DNA from: Balanoglossus misakiensis
Taxonomy: Eukaryota; Animalia; Hemichordata
NCBI GenBank assembly: GCA_040954595.2
Contig: CM082592.2
Span: 5,302,209 to 5,366,208 of the forward strand
Direction of reading: 5' to 3'
DNA length: 64,000 bases
The translations under genes were made by a program, and so were the position numbers. This document shows, in pieces, positions 18,730 to 31,800 of the stretch (positions within the stretch are counted from its first letter, which is position 1; each line of letters begins with the position of its first letter). The notes under the pieces are model-generated. The model was given only the letters and a program-made list of their open reading frames with translations. It ran no database searches and was not told the origin of the DNA.

Positions 18730-20449
18730 ATGAGTTCAGTGGAAAGTAAAGGGGACAGGAGAGACAGGCATGCCATCAAAAGATTGATAGGCGCATATTT
18801 GAGGCAACTTCGGGAACGACCAGTTATAACAAAGGCTTGTACGAGGTAAGCGAGAGACAGTGATCCGCTGATCGCTTTGTCACCGGTTCAGTCGACGCGA
18901 AGCCCCCACGTAGGCACTCATACACCGCGAAGCACCACTGTATGTAACTGCCAGAGCTTCGCGGTTGATTTAAGGGCCGATGGGTCACACTAGCTACTTG
19001 TACTTTGCTTGGCCGGGGCAGTATGACCCGTGGTTATCGGTACCGTAGAAATAAATTTGAGTCCCACCTCGAAATCACAAAGGCACACAGACTGCAGAGT
19101 CCAACGGTCATTCGGTTCAGGTCCTCAAGTTCTGGTACACGTATTACGTAAGACTATGAGGAGATGTGACATGTGGTATGATCTGTAATAACAAAAATTT
19201 CCATTTTGCACACAGTGCAGTAGTTAGTGCCATCAGTGATATCGTCGCCCAAAAGATCATCGCCAATGGTAAGGACATCCCTATACAATGGAGAAGCGTG
19301 GTAGCCTTTTCATCATTTGGGTAAGCATTTCAGTCAGGTACTTTCTCTGTTGGTGCATTCTATAAAACCACAATTTCTTTGCACCAATTTTTTTTCTTCA
19401 ATTTCATGTTTTCCAAGTTTGTGTATTTCATGTTTGTTATCACAGAAAATAAGCGAAGGAATCTGCAAAAAAAATGTTCACATTGACTATAGTATACTAT
19501 TAATTTGATTATTAATAGACTAACACAAATTTGTATTTGTAGTTTTTAGCAAACGCTAACTTTTTAATATCGTTTCAGTTTTGTAGTCACAGGACCTTTG
19601 ATTCACCATTTCTACAAAATATTGGAACAAGTGGTACCGAAGGATACAGAATATGCTGGAGTTAAGAAAGTATTGATAGACCGATTGTTACTGGCACCAC
19701 CATATCTATTGCTTCTTTTCTACATTGTGCCAATTCTTGAGGTAAAATACACTTTTCGCTACCTTTTGTAGAAAGTAAATCTAGGTCAGCTCTGAATTGT
19801 GTGGTCTGTTCATTGTGAAGTGTCTGTCGTCAGAAGGCTGGACAGACCTCCAATTTGCAAAATGTATATAGATATCCAGAAATGGCTGAATTCAAAAGTG
19901 TTGTGTCTACATGTAACCTTGTTTTGTTTGTCACTAGGGCAAAGGTCATCATGCAGCAGTGACGAAGATCAGAGAATCGTTCATGCCAGCATTGATCATG
20001 AACGTGAAAGTCTGGACAATTCTGCAGTACATCAATATCAATTACGTTCCCATTGAGGTAAGTTTGACTGTGTCCCCCCACCCACCTCTCACATGGTGTC
20101 TCAGTGTGTGATTGAGGCAGAGATAGGCTAAAAGGCGGGGCTGGCATGAATTCTAGCCATTGCCAGTGTTGCTAGTTGGCAAATGCTCTGTGTAAGGAAA
20201 TTGGTGTACATGTACTCATTTATGGGACTACCCCCAGTTCTACCACAGAAAGTTCAGGACAATGTACAAGACATATGAAGAAGCGATTGTCTGTAGGAAA
20301 TGGATCTTTTCAGAATGCATTACTGGTCTTAGTAATTGAATTGGATTATTGACATAATTGTTTTGAATCCCCCATTTCAGTACCGGGTTCTCTATGGCAA
20401 TACTCTGGCACTCTTCTGGAACATCTACCTGGCTATGAAGAGGAGGTAA
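18730..20449 (+). CDS. PXMP2: Peroxisomal membrane protein 2 (Mpv17/PMP22 family), about 190 aa
   Basis: Five exons: 18730-18845, 19216-19320, 19579-19741, 19938-20057, 20381-20449. Family motifs YLRQLRERPVITKACTS, SDIVAQ, FGFVVTGPLIHHFY, LIDRLLLAP, WTILQYININYVP, YRVLYGN..LFWNIYLA. Confidence 0.92.
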
Positions 20450-22614
20450 AAACCAACCAACAAACATGGAGTACAAATGTGCTACAGACACTGCAAACTT
20501 CATTGTATTTTGTATCATCAAGCTTACCAAAGATTTTTAGTCCTGTTATCACCATAGCAACAAACCACACTAAGACAACACACATTTTACCTATCATAAT
20601 ATATGTAATTTTAACTTTAAAATTTATATCTTAATAACAAAAAATAATAAAGATCAAATATGTATATTATGTAATCATGTATGTCTTTGCTTTTACCATA
20701 CCAAGACTGTATAAACACAAACAAGGAATACTGATGTATTTTCCACACTAGGTACTCTGGTCAAAGGGTCAAGAACTAGTGAAATTTTCACACATCTTGC
20801 ATTGTTGAACAGGGTATGGAAAGAATCTGGTAAATTTATCCCTCGCATGAATTACCCAAGCCCCATAATGATGAAAGTGCACACAACAAAATGTTATATC
20901 AACTATTTTATTGTCTACTTCTTCAGAAGATGGGGTACGTACAATCTGGTGAACCACAGTCAAGTAGAAAAAAAACAAAAGCAGAACAACGTCATTTAAT
21001 GAGGGCGCTATTCATCTCAGATTCAAAGTGGTAGTGGCAGGTGTATTTCTCTGCTTTTGAAAGAGAACGGAATCACAAGCAGATATAGCCAAAAACTGTC
21101 ATGTTTGAGCTGTGTATAAACTCCATAAAAGCTGCAAAGGACACTGACTCGTACTTTTAGTCAAAACTGACACAAATTCAGCCGTTTAAACTCGTGGATG
21201 AACAATATTTTAATACCAAACTAAAAGAAGCTGGTTACAAGGAACTACACTGAAATCTCTGTATTCTGAAAAACAAATTAAAAATTTCCACATATAAGAC
21301 AATTGTTCTGCGGTAATACTCTTCATGACTTGTTCATGAAAAGTGGTCGGTTCAACCGTTTTTTTCTTCTTTTAATGTCAATGATACAATATATACGTGG
21401 TTTTAAAAAGTTGTTTTACTTCTCCATAAAGATTTGAAGAACCTTCAAATAAATCGAAATGAGGAAAAACAGGTCCATGTGTGTACGACCAACTGAACCT
21501 TCAAAAACGCATCAAAACAGTCTCTATCAGTAAAATCTTGAGGCTTATTGGAATTCTTTAAAGTGTACTAGACTGCAACAAATACATTTAATAACATACT
21601 ACTTTTTTCCTATTCCTGGAACAAGACGAATTTTGATCAAAATGTCTCGCATTTTAACATTGTGAAAAGTATTGTCTGTCGAGTTCGCCCATGAACCTCA
21701 ATTGCATAGACAGGAGACAGGATATACGTACAATGTATATGAATGCAAAAGTAACGCACAGATTCATGAATCGCATTCAGAGAGGGAGAGAGAACGATCG
21801 CTTCCACGTGGCACGTACAGGTCGTAATTTGGTCATTTGCATAAAACTGCTACATAAGCACCGACACAAAACCGGACGCATGTGATGGAGCACATACAAG
21901 AACTTGCCTCCTGATCGACTTCTGACTTGGCACTGTGCCAAGTCCCTGACACCAATCATGATTTTTTTTTTTAATGTCCCGAACTCTTTTTCAAATAAGC
22001 CTACGGAACAGCCATTCTCGGTCTATGGCTGACTTGGCGTCACGCCAAAACCCAAAACACATCGGAGAGGAAAAAACTTTGCTAAATTACATTTCCATTG
22101 GAAACACAGCAGCTCTCAACATGTATAAACTCCTCCCAGCACATTTCAGCACAGCTGCTTGAATTTAACAGAGAGGGCGAGAAAAAAGGGAATGTACTGG
22201 ATTTTTGTATCATTTCTTCGGTAAATATAATAAATGTACTGCTTCGAGAATTCAACATAGCACTCTCTTTTAAAGCATCGTTGCCGACTCTAAAGGAATA
22301 CATCGATTTGCCATCAAATCTGCAGAGTGAGTGAGTGAGTGAACCAAGCTGAGACATCATTGATTTATATATACATGGCAGTCTTTTGACGGGATTGACT
22401 TCGATGAGAATTAGTAGACGATGGATTTTATTTAACGTGGCTCACTTAAAAAAAAAAAAGTTCAATATTGCACCCAGGCCACTCATAGTGACAGACGGTC
22501 GAAAAATATTTACACCTCCAAATAAATTAAATAAATAGCAACAATAAGTTAACGAATTGTCCATTTAAGAAATCAGCCGTGATGACAAACAACGCAGTCG
22601 TTCTGCGCCTGCTT

Positions 22615-22801
22615 TCACCGCCGGCCGTAACTGCTGCGACTGCTGAAGCTGCGACTGCGACTTCGGCTGTAGGTGCGCGACCGTGTGCGGGTGCGCGATC
22701 TGGATTTGTTGTAGTAAGGGCTGTGATAGGAATCGTCCGACTCATAGCTGCTTGAACTTGGAGGTGTCTCACGATGATATGGCACTGGGCGCTTTCGGGC
22801 G
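22615..22801 (-). CDS. Distal terminal exon of Srrm2/3/4 completing the eMIC domain
   Basis: Acceptor tttttcttctgacttcag. The junction gives RRDSPSHLEARRITS-ARKRPVPYHR, matching the SRRM3/SRRM4 eMIC motif, followed by an RS tail. Confidence 0.88.
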
Positions 22802-25800
22802 CTGAAGTCAGAAGAAAAAAAAACAATTATAAATTTGTCTCTTTTCTACGGTAATTCGACAGGATTACGGCTTCTGGTACGTCTCCAAATTAGAAACCGT
22901 GAAATATTCGTATCATTTGAGTACGAAACTAAAACTGACAAGTTCCCACTAAAAATGAGCATTCAGATAATTCTGACTAAAATCTGATCATCAAATGACT
23001 CAATAATGTCCATTTCTATGAATTTTGTTTTTGTGTCTCAGGAACAGAACAAGTTCGAACATTCCTCTCTTTCTTAAAATCTCATCTCTGTCTGTTCAGA
23101 AGCAATTTTTCCCCAGACCCTCATCATGCAGGGAACCAATACCCAATGGTAAGCCCCTATAACCAACCAAGCCCCTCGTGTGATGTCAACGATAAAAATA
23201 ATAACAGTAATCAACCCATCACCAAGATGATCCAGAATTAATAACACATTGAAATAAAAGCCCAGCTAACCCAGTATGAGACATGCAATAAGAAAAAAAA
23301 TATATAAACAGAATTGAACAATGTACATGCAAAAAAGGTGATATGGAGGGTAACATGGAGAGTGACTGGGAATTTGGAAAATAACATGCAGACATCCAAC
23401 ACCAGTGAACATGCAAGGAAAGCGGTATAAAAAGATGAAAATGAACGATGAAATAATTAATGCTATTGCCATGATTTGGTGCATGCAGACTGAAAATGTG
23501 TGGAAATAAGCCATGCATTAGAGGTGATATCGGCCGAATCACATCTAATCATTTTACTCTTCGACTTCACATAAGCTCAGAGGTCAAAAAGTAAAGTTCA
23601 TATGTGATTGAGTCAGCAATATAGAGTGCAATATCAGACAGTTGCTCGTTTTCATTTATCTTTCATTTTTCTGTGATCTTTGTTTTAAGAAAAATGCTCC
23701 ATCATTTGCTAAACATTCAAGCATGTATTCATATCCTTTTCATAGTCTTTTTTTTTCAATGATAATAACGCAAAATATTAAGATTAATCTGGAAGACAAT
23801 TTGATCAAAAAGATGTCACTTTGACTATATTTTACCATAAAAAAGAATGAAGAAATGACAGGAAAACTAAATAAATGAATCAATGTCGAAAGGACATTCA
23901 AACATTTTTAAACCATGAATGTGTATCAAAAGGAGGCACATACATGGAAAATTACATAATTTGATAAAAACTTTCATCAGAAAAAAAAAATGTTTCCGAG
24001 AAGAAGGAAAGCCAAGACAGAAACTTACAAATAGATTATTGGTAAATTCAAAACTATCAGAAACTGGGCAAAATTACAATGATTTAAACTGTGATCGATA
24101 AAACAGAATGTATAAAAGATTACTGATATACTTTGACATCTGAAAAAGTTGAAAGATGTCATAATTCAAGAGGTATAAAGACCAAGTTTGCAAAAAGCAG
24201 AAAAACCGTGTTAAAAGTAGATATTCTTCTTGCTATTATGGAGATATATTAGTAGCAATGCTTGGCTGTGGAAGTGAAATTTTAATAGACTGAAATGTTG
24301 ATTACAAGGGCTTGAAAAAAATAATTCTCTCATCAAATAGTATCTCTTCTATGGTCGTTACACAAAGCAGTCATTTCACAGAAACATAGGGTGTCTGAGC
24401 ACTTTCTCCACCAATGACAATGCTGGGAAAGGACTCGTAGGGAGAAGGCTCCTTTAACTTTCTTGAGAATAGCTATGAAATGAGCGAATTTTATTTTTCA
24501 AGCCCTGATTTCTATATAATGTAGAGAATATTAAATGATTTGTTAGTGAATATTTTCCAGGCAGGCTATAAGTCGATTATTACGATGAAGGGTGAAGGCT
24601 TATAATCAGTGTAACGTTCCCCCAGCGATAGCCTAGAGAAACGAAGGCAATATCAGTACATGGTTACACACTTAGCCAACAACGTCTACCGGTGATAGTA
24701 TCCCGGGCTGCGGGAACGGCGTCTCTCTCGATAGTACGGCGATCTGGAACGTCGGGCGTAGTCGTGGTGTCTTCGCACTGGTGACCTTTGTACAGGAATA
24801 TCAAGGCAGAGAGGGAGAATACAGTGTACAGAAGAACTACATCACATGAGATGATAGATATATAGATAGATACAACAATGCACTATTTCACGACAGCAAA
24901 AATAAACACATCTAGAAAATAACCTCCTTGATACTGGATTTTTCGTCGTTTTTTCTGTGTGTGTGATATGCACGGATTTGTAATGATGCATTCAAAATTT
25001 GATGCCCCGAAATGATTATTTGGAGAGCAGAAAATTCATGTTGGGCTGATTTTTGATATATGTTTGGGAAAAAATCGGAGTAATTTCGTATTGAACTGAC
25101 TTTTGTTTAAATCCAGTATGAGGAGGTGAAATTATAAATTCCTGTTGAGAAAATACACCAATGAGAAGTTAAACACCGAACTGTAGAAATCTGTATTTGA
25201 AATTTATCTAAAATCGCTAATGACTTTAGAAAATCATCTATTTTCTTGGAAATAAATTTGAAGACTGTAATATCCGAGGCATGATTTTCTAATTTTTGAT
25301 AAGCCTGGAGGACCAGTAAACAGATTCAACAGACTACAATTAAATTGAGATAAATGCCACAATTTTAGATAATTTTGGATGGTCTATGGTAAATCCAGGC
25401 CAATTTTTAATACCAAACATGAAGAAGGCCTTAGCTTTATGCTATCTCACACTTTTTCTCTATCGTACCTTGTAATTCGGCGAGCCTCTAAGTGACTAGG
25501 AGAATCTCGGCGTTTCCTGGGTGGGGACCAGCTCTTCCTGTCCCTCGGGGAGGCCGACTTGCGCTCGCCTTTGGAAGGGCTGTAATTGGAGTAGCTGGGA
25601 CTGCGACGGCTTCGCCTCGACGGGGAGCTGCTTCGTCGGCGCGGAGAATAACTGTGCGACCGTGAGTACCTTCTGCGTGGGGAGTAGCTGCGAGACCGAG
25701 AGCGGCGCTTAGGGCTGTACGACCTGGGTCAGAGGAGAACCAGAAACGTTCCGAGCAAATCATAATAATCCAACTTTTCCTTTCACGAGACGAGTGTGCC

Positions 25801-28800
25801 TCTGATTTTATTTTTAAGAGAACATGACAAAAATTACATACAACACTATCAACCATCAACATTGCCAGATTGGGGCTGTTTGGCAAATATGTAAGAATGA
25901 AGCCAGGCAATCTGTTGCACTGCAGTTTTACTGCTGAAAAATACATTTCAATTCTGGTTTGTCAAACGTTGACTGGCTTTTTTTTACCTTCCTCTTGATT
26001 CATTACGCGACCTCCTTCGCTTTTCCACCGAGGAACTTCTCGATTGTGATCTGTCAGACCGAGATCGGGACCTCCCTCTGTTGCTTCTGCCTTTGCTCTT
26101 TGGTGATGGTGACCTGTCGTGTCGACTGCGTTTGTCCTTGGATCGTCTCTGGGGGCTCGGCGACCTGTCTGATGAGGACGACGATCGACTGGCCCGTTGG
26201 CTTTTTCTGGATGGTCTGGACCTGCGTGACTTTTTCTCCGGTGATGGGCTAGAAAAGGGAAAAGTACAATTTTTGTGTATTATTTATCACTGCAGTGGCC
26301 AAGAGTCGACTGGATGTACATGAACCAGTACATTCCTTCTGTACATGATTTGCTAGACTACCGTGTCGCTGAAACTAAAACATACAATACAGTTCTGCTC
26401 TTCATGGAGTGGTAGTTTCATAAAATCTGCTCAGATATCGTGACCTTTGAACCCACCTCCTGGACGAGTCACTGTCCGAGTCTGAGCTGCTATCAGATGG
26501 GCTCTCTGAGTCAGACGACTCCTGTCGTCGATGGTGACGGTGTTTTCTAGTGGGGGATTCGCTTGGAGATCTGGAAACGAAATTCAATCCGGTGTTTCAT
26601 AAATAAAATCATACAGCCACTGTGCTTGATTTTGAGATACAAGTCATGTACATGTACTTTCAACTGTACCGATCATTCATCCTTAAATTAGAATTCTGCT
26701 TCAGTGCTTTTTGAACACATACTAGAACACTGAATTTCCATATTCGCTCCTGAACAGCCTGCATAGAACCTCTTAAAAACTGATGTCTACAGTCTACAAA
26801 TTAGATTTTCGCTTCTGTACACACTAAAATACTTGAGTACACAGACAAAAAACATGACAAGTCTTACCTCTTTCGGTGTTTGCGTTTCTCTTTATGTTTA
26901 CGTTTGGAGGGACTTTTGGACCTGCAGCAGTAAACATGGGAGAGAGAAGTCTTCAATTTGCATCAACCTCTCAAATGAAATCATGAAAATTACTATCTAG
27001 GACTGTGACACTGCTTTTTAAAAGGTGGTTTTTGGGTAATATTCGGAAAGCAGGGCCTAGTGCATTACGGCCAAGGCATCCACTGGGGCTTTTAAATACC
27101 AAATGACACCCTTACACAAAACCGTTGGCTAGTCTATTTTCCTTGCGGTTTTTGGATTGCGATAGAAAGAAGGCAAATCTGGAGCGAGAGTCATCAGGCT
27201 CCGATCTCAAACTGGAAACAAACCTGTGTTTCTTGCGGCGTTTTGAAGGTTCTTCAGATCTGTAGTGAGAAAGAAGGGAAAAGAAAAGAAAAGAACAGGA
27301 GACAAACTTATTATTATTATTTTTCTCGGAAAAAATTACGATCAATGCCAAGTGGGATTCATGTGTGCAAATCTCAGGGGATCCCAATCACCAGGAATTT
27401 ACAAACAAGGAAAAGCGAGAACACATTCTGACCGGATCAGAAGAGAGAGCAGAGAGAGAGAGAGAGAGAGAGAGAGACGGACAGAGAGATAGAGGACTAG
27501 AGACAGCCACAGAGACACTTTGTCAAAAAGCCACAAACATTGCCATAGCAACAGAGTCAAGATACACCCCCACTCTCTTTAAGTGCACGTTACTTAAAAT
27601 ATCCTTCAACACCAAAAACCTGTCCACATGATAATTCACCCCATGTTGGCAGTGACCGCTGTCTTGTCGGAAGACAGCGGGATGGTTTGAAATGAAAAAC
27701 AAATTCCAACAATTATGCAACACTTCTACCAATTAGCCGAGGCATTTAGCTCACACTGGTTACAGAAAATATCAACATAAATGAAAACCGTTTTTTTTTT
27801 TTTTGTCAACAAAAAATAGCTGTGTGCAGATATTTTGTGTTTGTCAACCCCAGGGCTCGGTATTAAATGTTAGTGGACCATGGTTTACAGACGAAAAACG
27901 TGAAACTTAAAAATGAAACAATATTGGAACAAAATAATGAAGATCGACGGAGTGCTTTGTGAAACGGCATGCAAAAGACAAGAACGAGTGATAGGTTAGG
28001 TGGCCCCGGAAAATGAGCTTTCTAGGGATAACTAGGGACACCACCACCACGAGAGGGAGAACTAACATTGCAGAGTTAGGCATATGTTTCTAGATGGTTA
28101 GCTTAAAAGCAAGAAAGAGTTAGGCCAGAAGTTAGACAATGGCTTCTATAGTTGGGTTAGCTATGCAAGGAAGAGAGTTAGGCAAGATGTAGATAAGGAG
28201 GCAAGGAATTCGATTAACACATGCAATGAGGGGGGTGAGTACACATCAGTGCTTAGCAACAGAAAATTAAGATGGAGGGGGAGGGACAGGAAGTGGAAAC
28301 TATGACCTCTGATCGATGTATACACATGTATGCAATTTTGAAAAAATAAATAAATAATAATAATAAACTATAATTAACAGATGATCCTTCAGTTAGTAGA
28401 TCACAACAGTGAATGCCTTTACCTTGAGGTAGAAATAAATGCCTGCTAAAATTTAAAGACTAAGCACAAGAGAAATGAAAAGAGACATCTCTGGGTTATT
28501 TCACACTAACAACAACCTCGTGTGGCTGGTGCTAGGGGGTACTGTACACAGTGACAACACTCACTGTCTTAGGGGGTATGATGGGGTTGGTTTTGTTATA
28601 CATGAATATACTGGAATACACATACACCGTATATGAACAGAAAAAAATATATTATCCACGGATCAAAATACCTTTAAGCATCAAACAAAATTACTGGAAA
28701 ACAGAAACTAAACAACGGGGTGTGGTTATTGATTATTCACAGAAAAAAATCAAAACAAAAGTATATAAATTAACAAGTGGATGAATGAGAAAACAAAACT

Positions 28801-31800
28801 TCAAAAGAAAGAGCTGCTGTACATGCAATCTTTTTTTCTCGAAACGCTAGAAATTAATGTCAGGGCTGTATGTGAAGTGTGCGATATGAAATATAGTACA
28901 CCAGCCATATTTCATTTTTGTGGACGAATGCTTTTTTCTGAATTTCCTCATCGGCAGTATGGAAAGAATGAAGGCATTTTTTACCTTGCTTCCCTACAAA
29001 TGAAGGCACGGAAAAGAAAGCAAAACATACATCATTTGCTCTTAAAAACCAAACACAGTCTCATGTGGATTTCTGCCACAAGCTGGGTACGGACTACAAA
29101 CACGGCGCCACCTTGTGGTAGGTTCGGGAAACTCCATCACCAGCAGACCTCAGCTTTCAACTTCAGATGCTACATTTTTTCACTCCTTTCTCCAGATCGG
29201 AAGAAGTTACGCAAAATAGTACAAGGACAAGCACTGAGACAAAAAGCTGATCGTCTGCCAGTGAGTGGGACCATTAACAACAGATAGAAGATGACTGTTG
29301 GGTCACATCGTCCCTTTTTTCACAGCCTACAAATAACTTACCGATCACGTCTATGTTTGTGGGATTTTTTCTTCCGTTCCTTCCGAACTGGCGACTCACT
29401 GTCTGATCTGTGAATAAAACAATGGATTACTGAAATACATTTCGAGCTGAAGACGAACTCACTCACAATCACTGGCCATGTTTGTCTGCCTGGAAGCACA
29501 TTGACACAGGACTGGGGCATAGTAGAATCACATGCATATCGTTATCAATTTGCATCGCCCTTTTTCCTTCGCTAGCTGTCATTTTTTTTACCATCCACCG
29601 ACAAAACAAACTTCACATTAGCCACTTTAAAAATGTACACTGTCACAAAGAATAAAACAGAAAATAAAACAGGCTAGAAACTACTGTCGTACGACAGTGA
29701 AAGTCGCCTCTCTTAATTTTTTTTTTCATTTAACTCTTGAATCATGTGTACTGTATATCCTTACCTAACGCCTGGGTAGGCATTTATGTAATATGTCAAA
29801 AAATAATTTTAGTATTAATAAAAGTTCAGTAATGATTGTTAGAGATAGAAGACATCACAATAAGGGGGGAAGGAGTCACAAGACTTGGCAGATAATTGGG
29901 CTACAGATTACAACTCTATACAAAGTAATTTGTGGGGAAAACAAAAATAAAATAAAAAATCTCACTTTTATTTCATGCTCATCTTCAGTGGCTTATCACA
30001 GAAATTACAGAACAGCTTGTTTATATATATGTCAGCAAATTCAACTTTTTTTGGAACAGAAACAATATTGTCTGATCTTTGCTTTTATACAATTCTCCTT
30101 GTTTGCCATTTAAGCCGAGCCTTCGTTTGCATTCTACAGTGGGCTGTCAAGTTTGCTGATGAATTCAAATATTTTTCAAATATCAAGTTCGCTGATGAAT
30201 TCAAATATAGTTTGATGTTGAATTCAAATAGTTTTCAAATATCAAGTTCGCTGATGAATTCAAATATAGTTTGATGTTGAATTCAAATATTTTTCAAATA
30301 TCAAGTTCGCTGTCAAATTCAAATATTTTTTTCAAATATCATGTTTGCTGTCGAATTCAAATATTTTTTCAAATATCAAGTTTGCTGTTGACTTCAAATA
30401 TTTTTCAAATGTTCAAAGAATCTATGCAAATACATGGATCTACCGGTACTCTGATATAAAATGTTACATGATGACCACTCCAGTAGTCTGTGTGAAAGAC
30501 ACGCTTAACACAAGAAAGGCACAAACATTGATAAATCCATATACAACTACGGCTATATTTTAATTTGTGCGTACGAACAAGATTTTGTTTGCTCTGCGCG
30601 GTCCTTTCAAATTCCACATTTCACCTGCTAACAATAACCAAATATCACTCAACATGGCATCACTGTTTGCCCATACATTTCAGCACTGTGTTGACCACTT
30701 TCATGTAATTAAATTCATTATGTCCTTATTTCGTTCGAAAAATCTATTTGCTTTTCAACTCAAGAGCTTTGCCACTCCTCCATTACACACGGAATGGGAA
30801 CATATGGTCGCGATCGTTTCAATTTGTGATAATACGCCTGATCCTACTTTTGAAACTAACAAGACCAAATATTTGAGCAACTGCTTGTAATGATATTTTT
30901 TCACATCACATAAATCCACATCTTTCTCAGGGAATAATTTCAGTCACCTGGGCCAACTGGGAAGCATACCGGTATGTGTACAGTATACAGGGTGAGCATT
31001 TGAATCTGACAATTGCATAGATATGTACATTGAAGCAAAACCACTACGACGATCTTTGTAGAACTATCGAAAGAATTTTTTTGAAATAAGTATAATTTTT
31101 TCCCTGGCATCTATGCATATTAACTAACAGCATTTAAAAAATTCAACAAAAATCAATGTTGTGATATAGGCAGATTTGATATTTGCATCTAATCACAATC
31201 TGCATACATCTGCTGAACCTGAGCTTACGATTTGCATATATTCAAATGAGATAATTTGCATGTGATCTGTCCAAACAAGGTGGTTAGCAAACCTGGCAAA
31301 GCCCTGTAGAATGCAAATTCCTACGCTGTAGATTGGACTCGAAATTCCTACCATAAACAAAACTTATAATCCCAACAATATGGAAGCTTTTTAAAAAAAC
31401 TGCCTTAAAATACAACTTCAAATTGATTAGAACATTCATAATCTTATTGTGGCAAGCTTTAATTCCTTGTAGCTGTTACCACCAGAATATGAGTGTGGAC
31501 AGAACAGCTTTTCTCGAAATTAAATTCGCAACCTTCAAAGATCTGTGCTATTTCCACAACTGTGCAAAAATGAGTTTTAATTCACACTGATAATGATACA
31601 CAAACATAAACCAATTTATCCTTCGTTATTGCCTTGAAAAATTTCAATCAATGAGCATATTTCACGCAATCTGCTCATTTGATTATTCGTGGATTATCTT
31701 GATAATTCTGCTACAATGAATTAAACCTTGCCGTATTCTAGCCACATTTTCCTTTTATTATACATAAGATTTGTTTTGTCCTCTATCATGCATTCTATAC

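Noticed and set aside
24673-24777. Alternative CAG acceptor 8 nt inside the proximal Srrm last exon (would read ITSAKTPRL...)
   Set aside because: The product resembles neither eMIC nor an RS domain; the upstream AG gives a convincing RS-like frame.
28781-29287. 168-aa plus-strand ORF
   Set aside because: Antisense within an Srrm intron, no recognisable motif, composition typical of AT-rich non-coding DNA.
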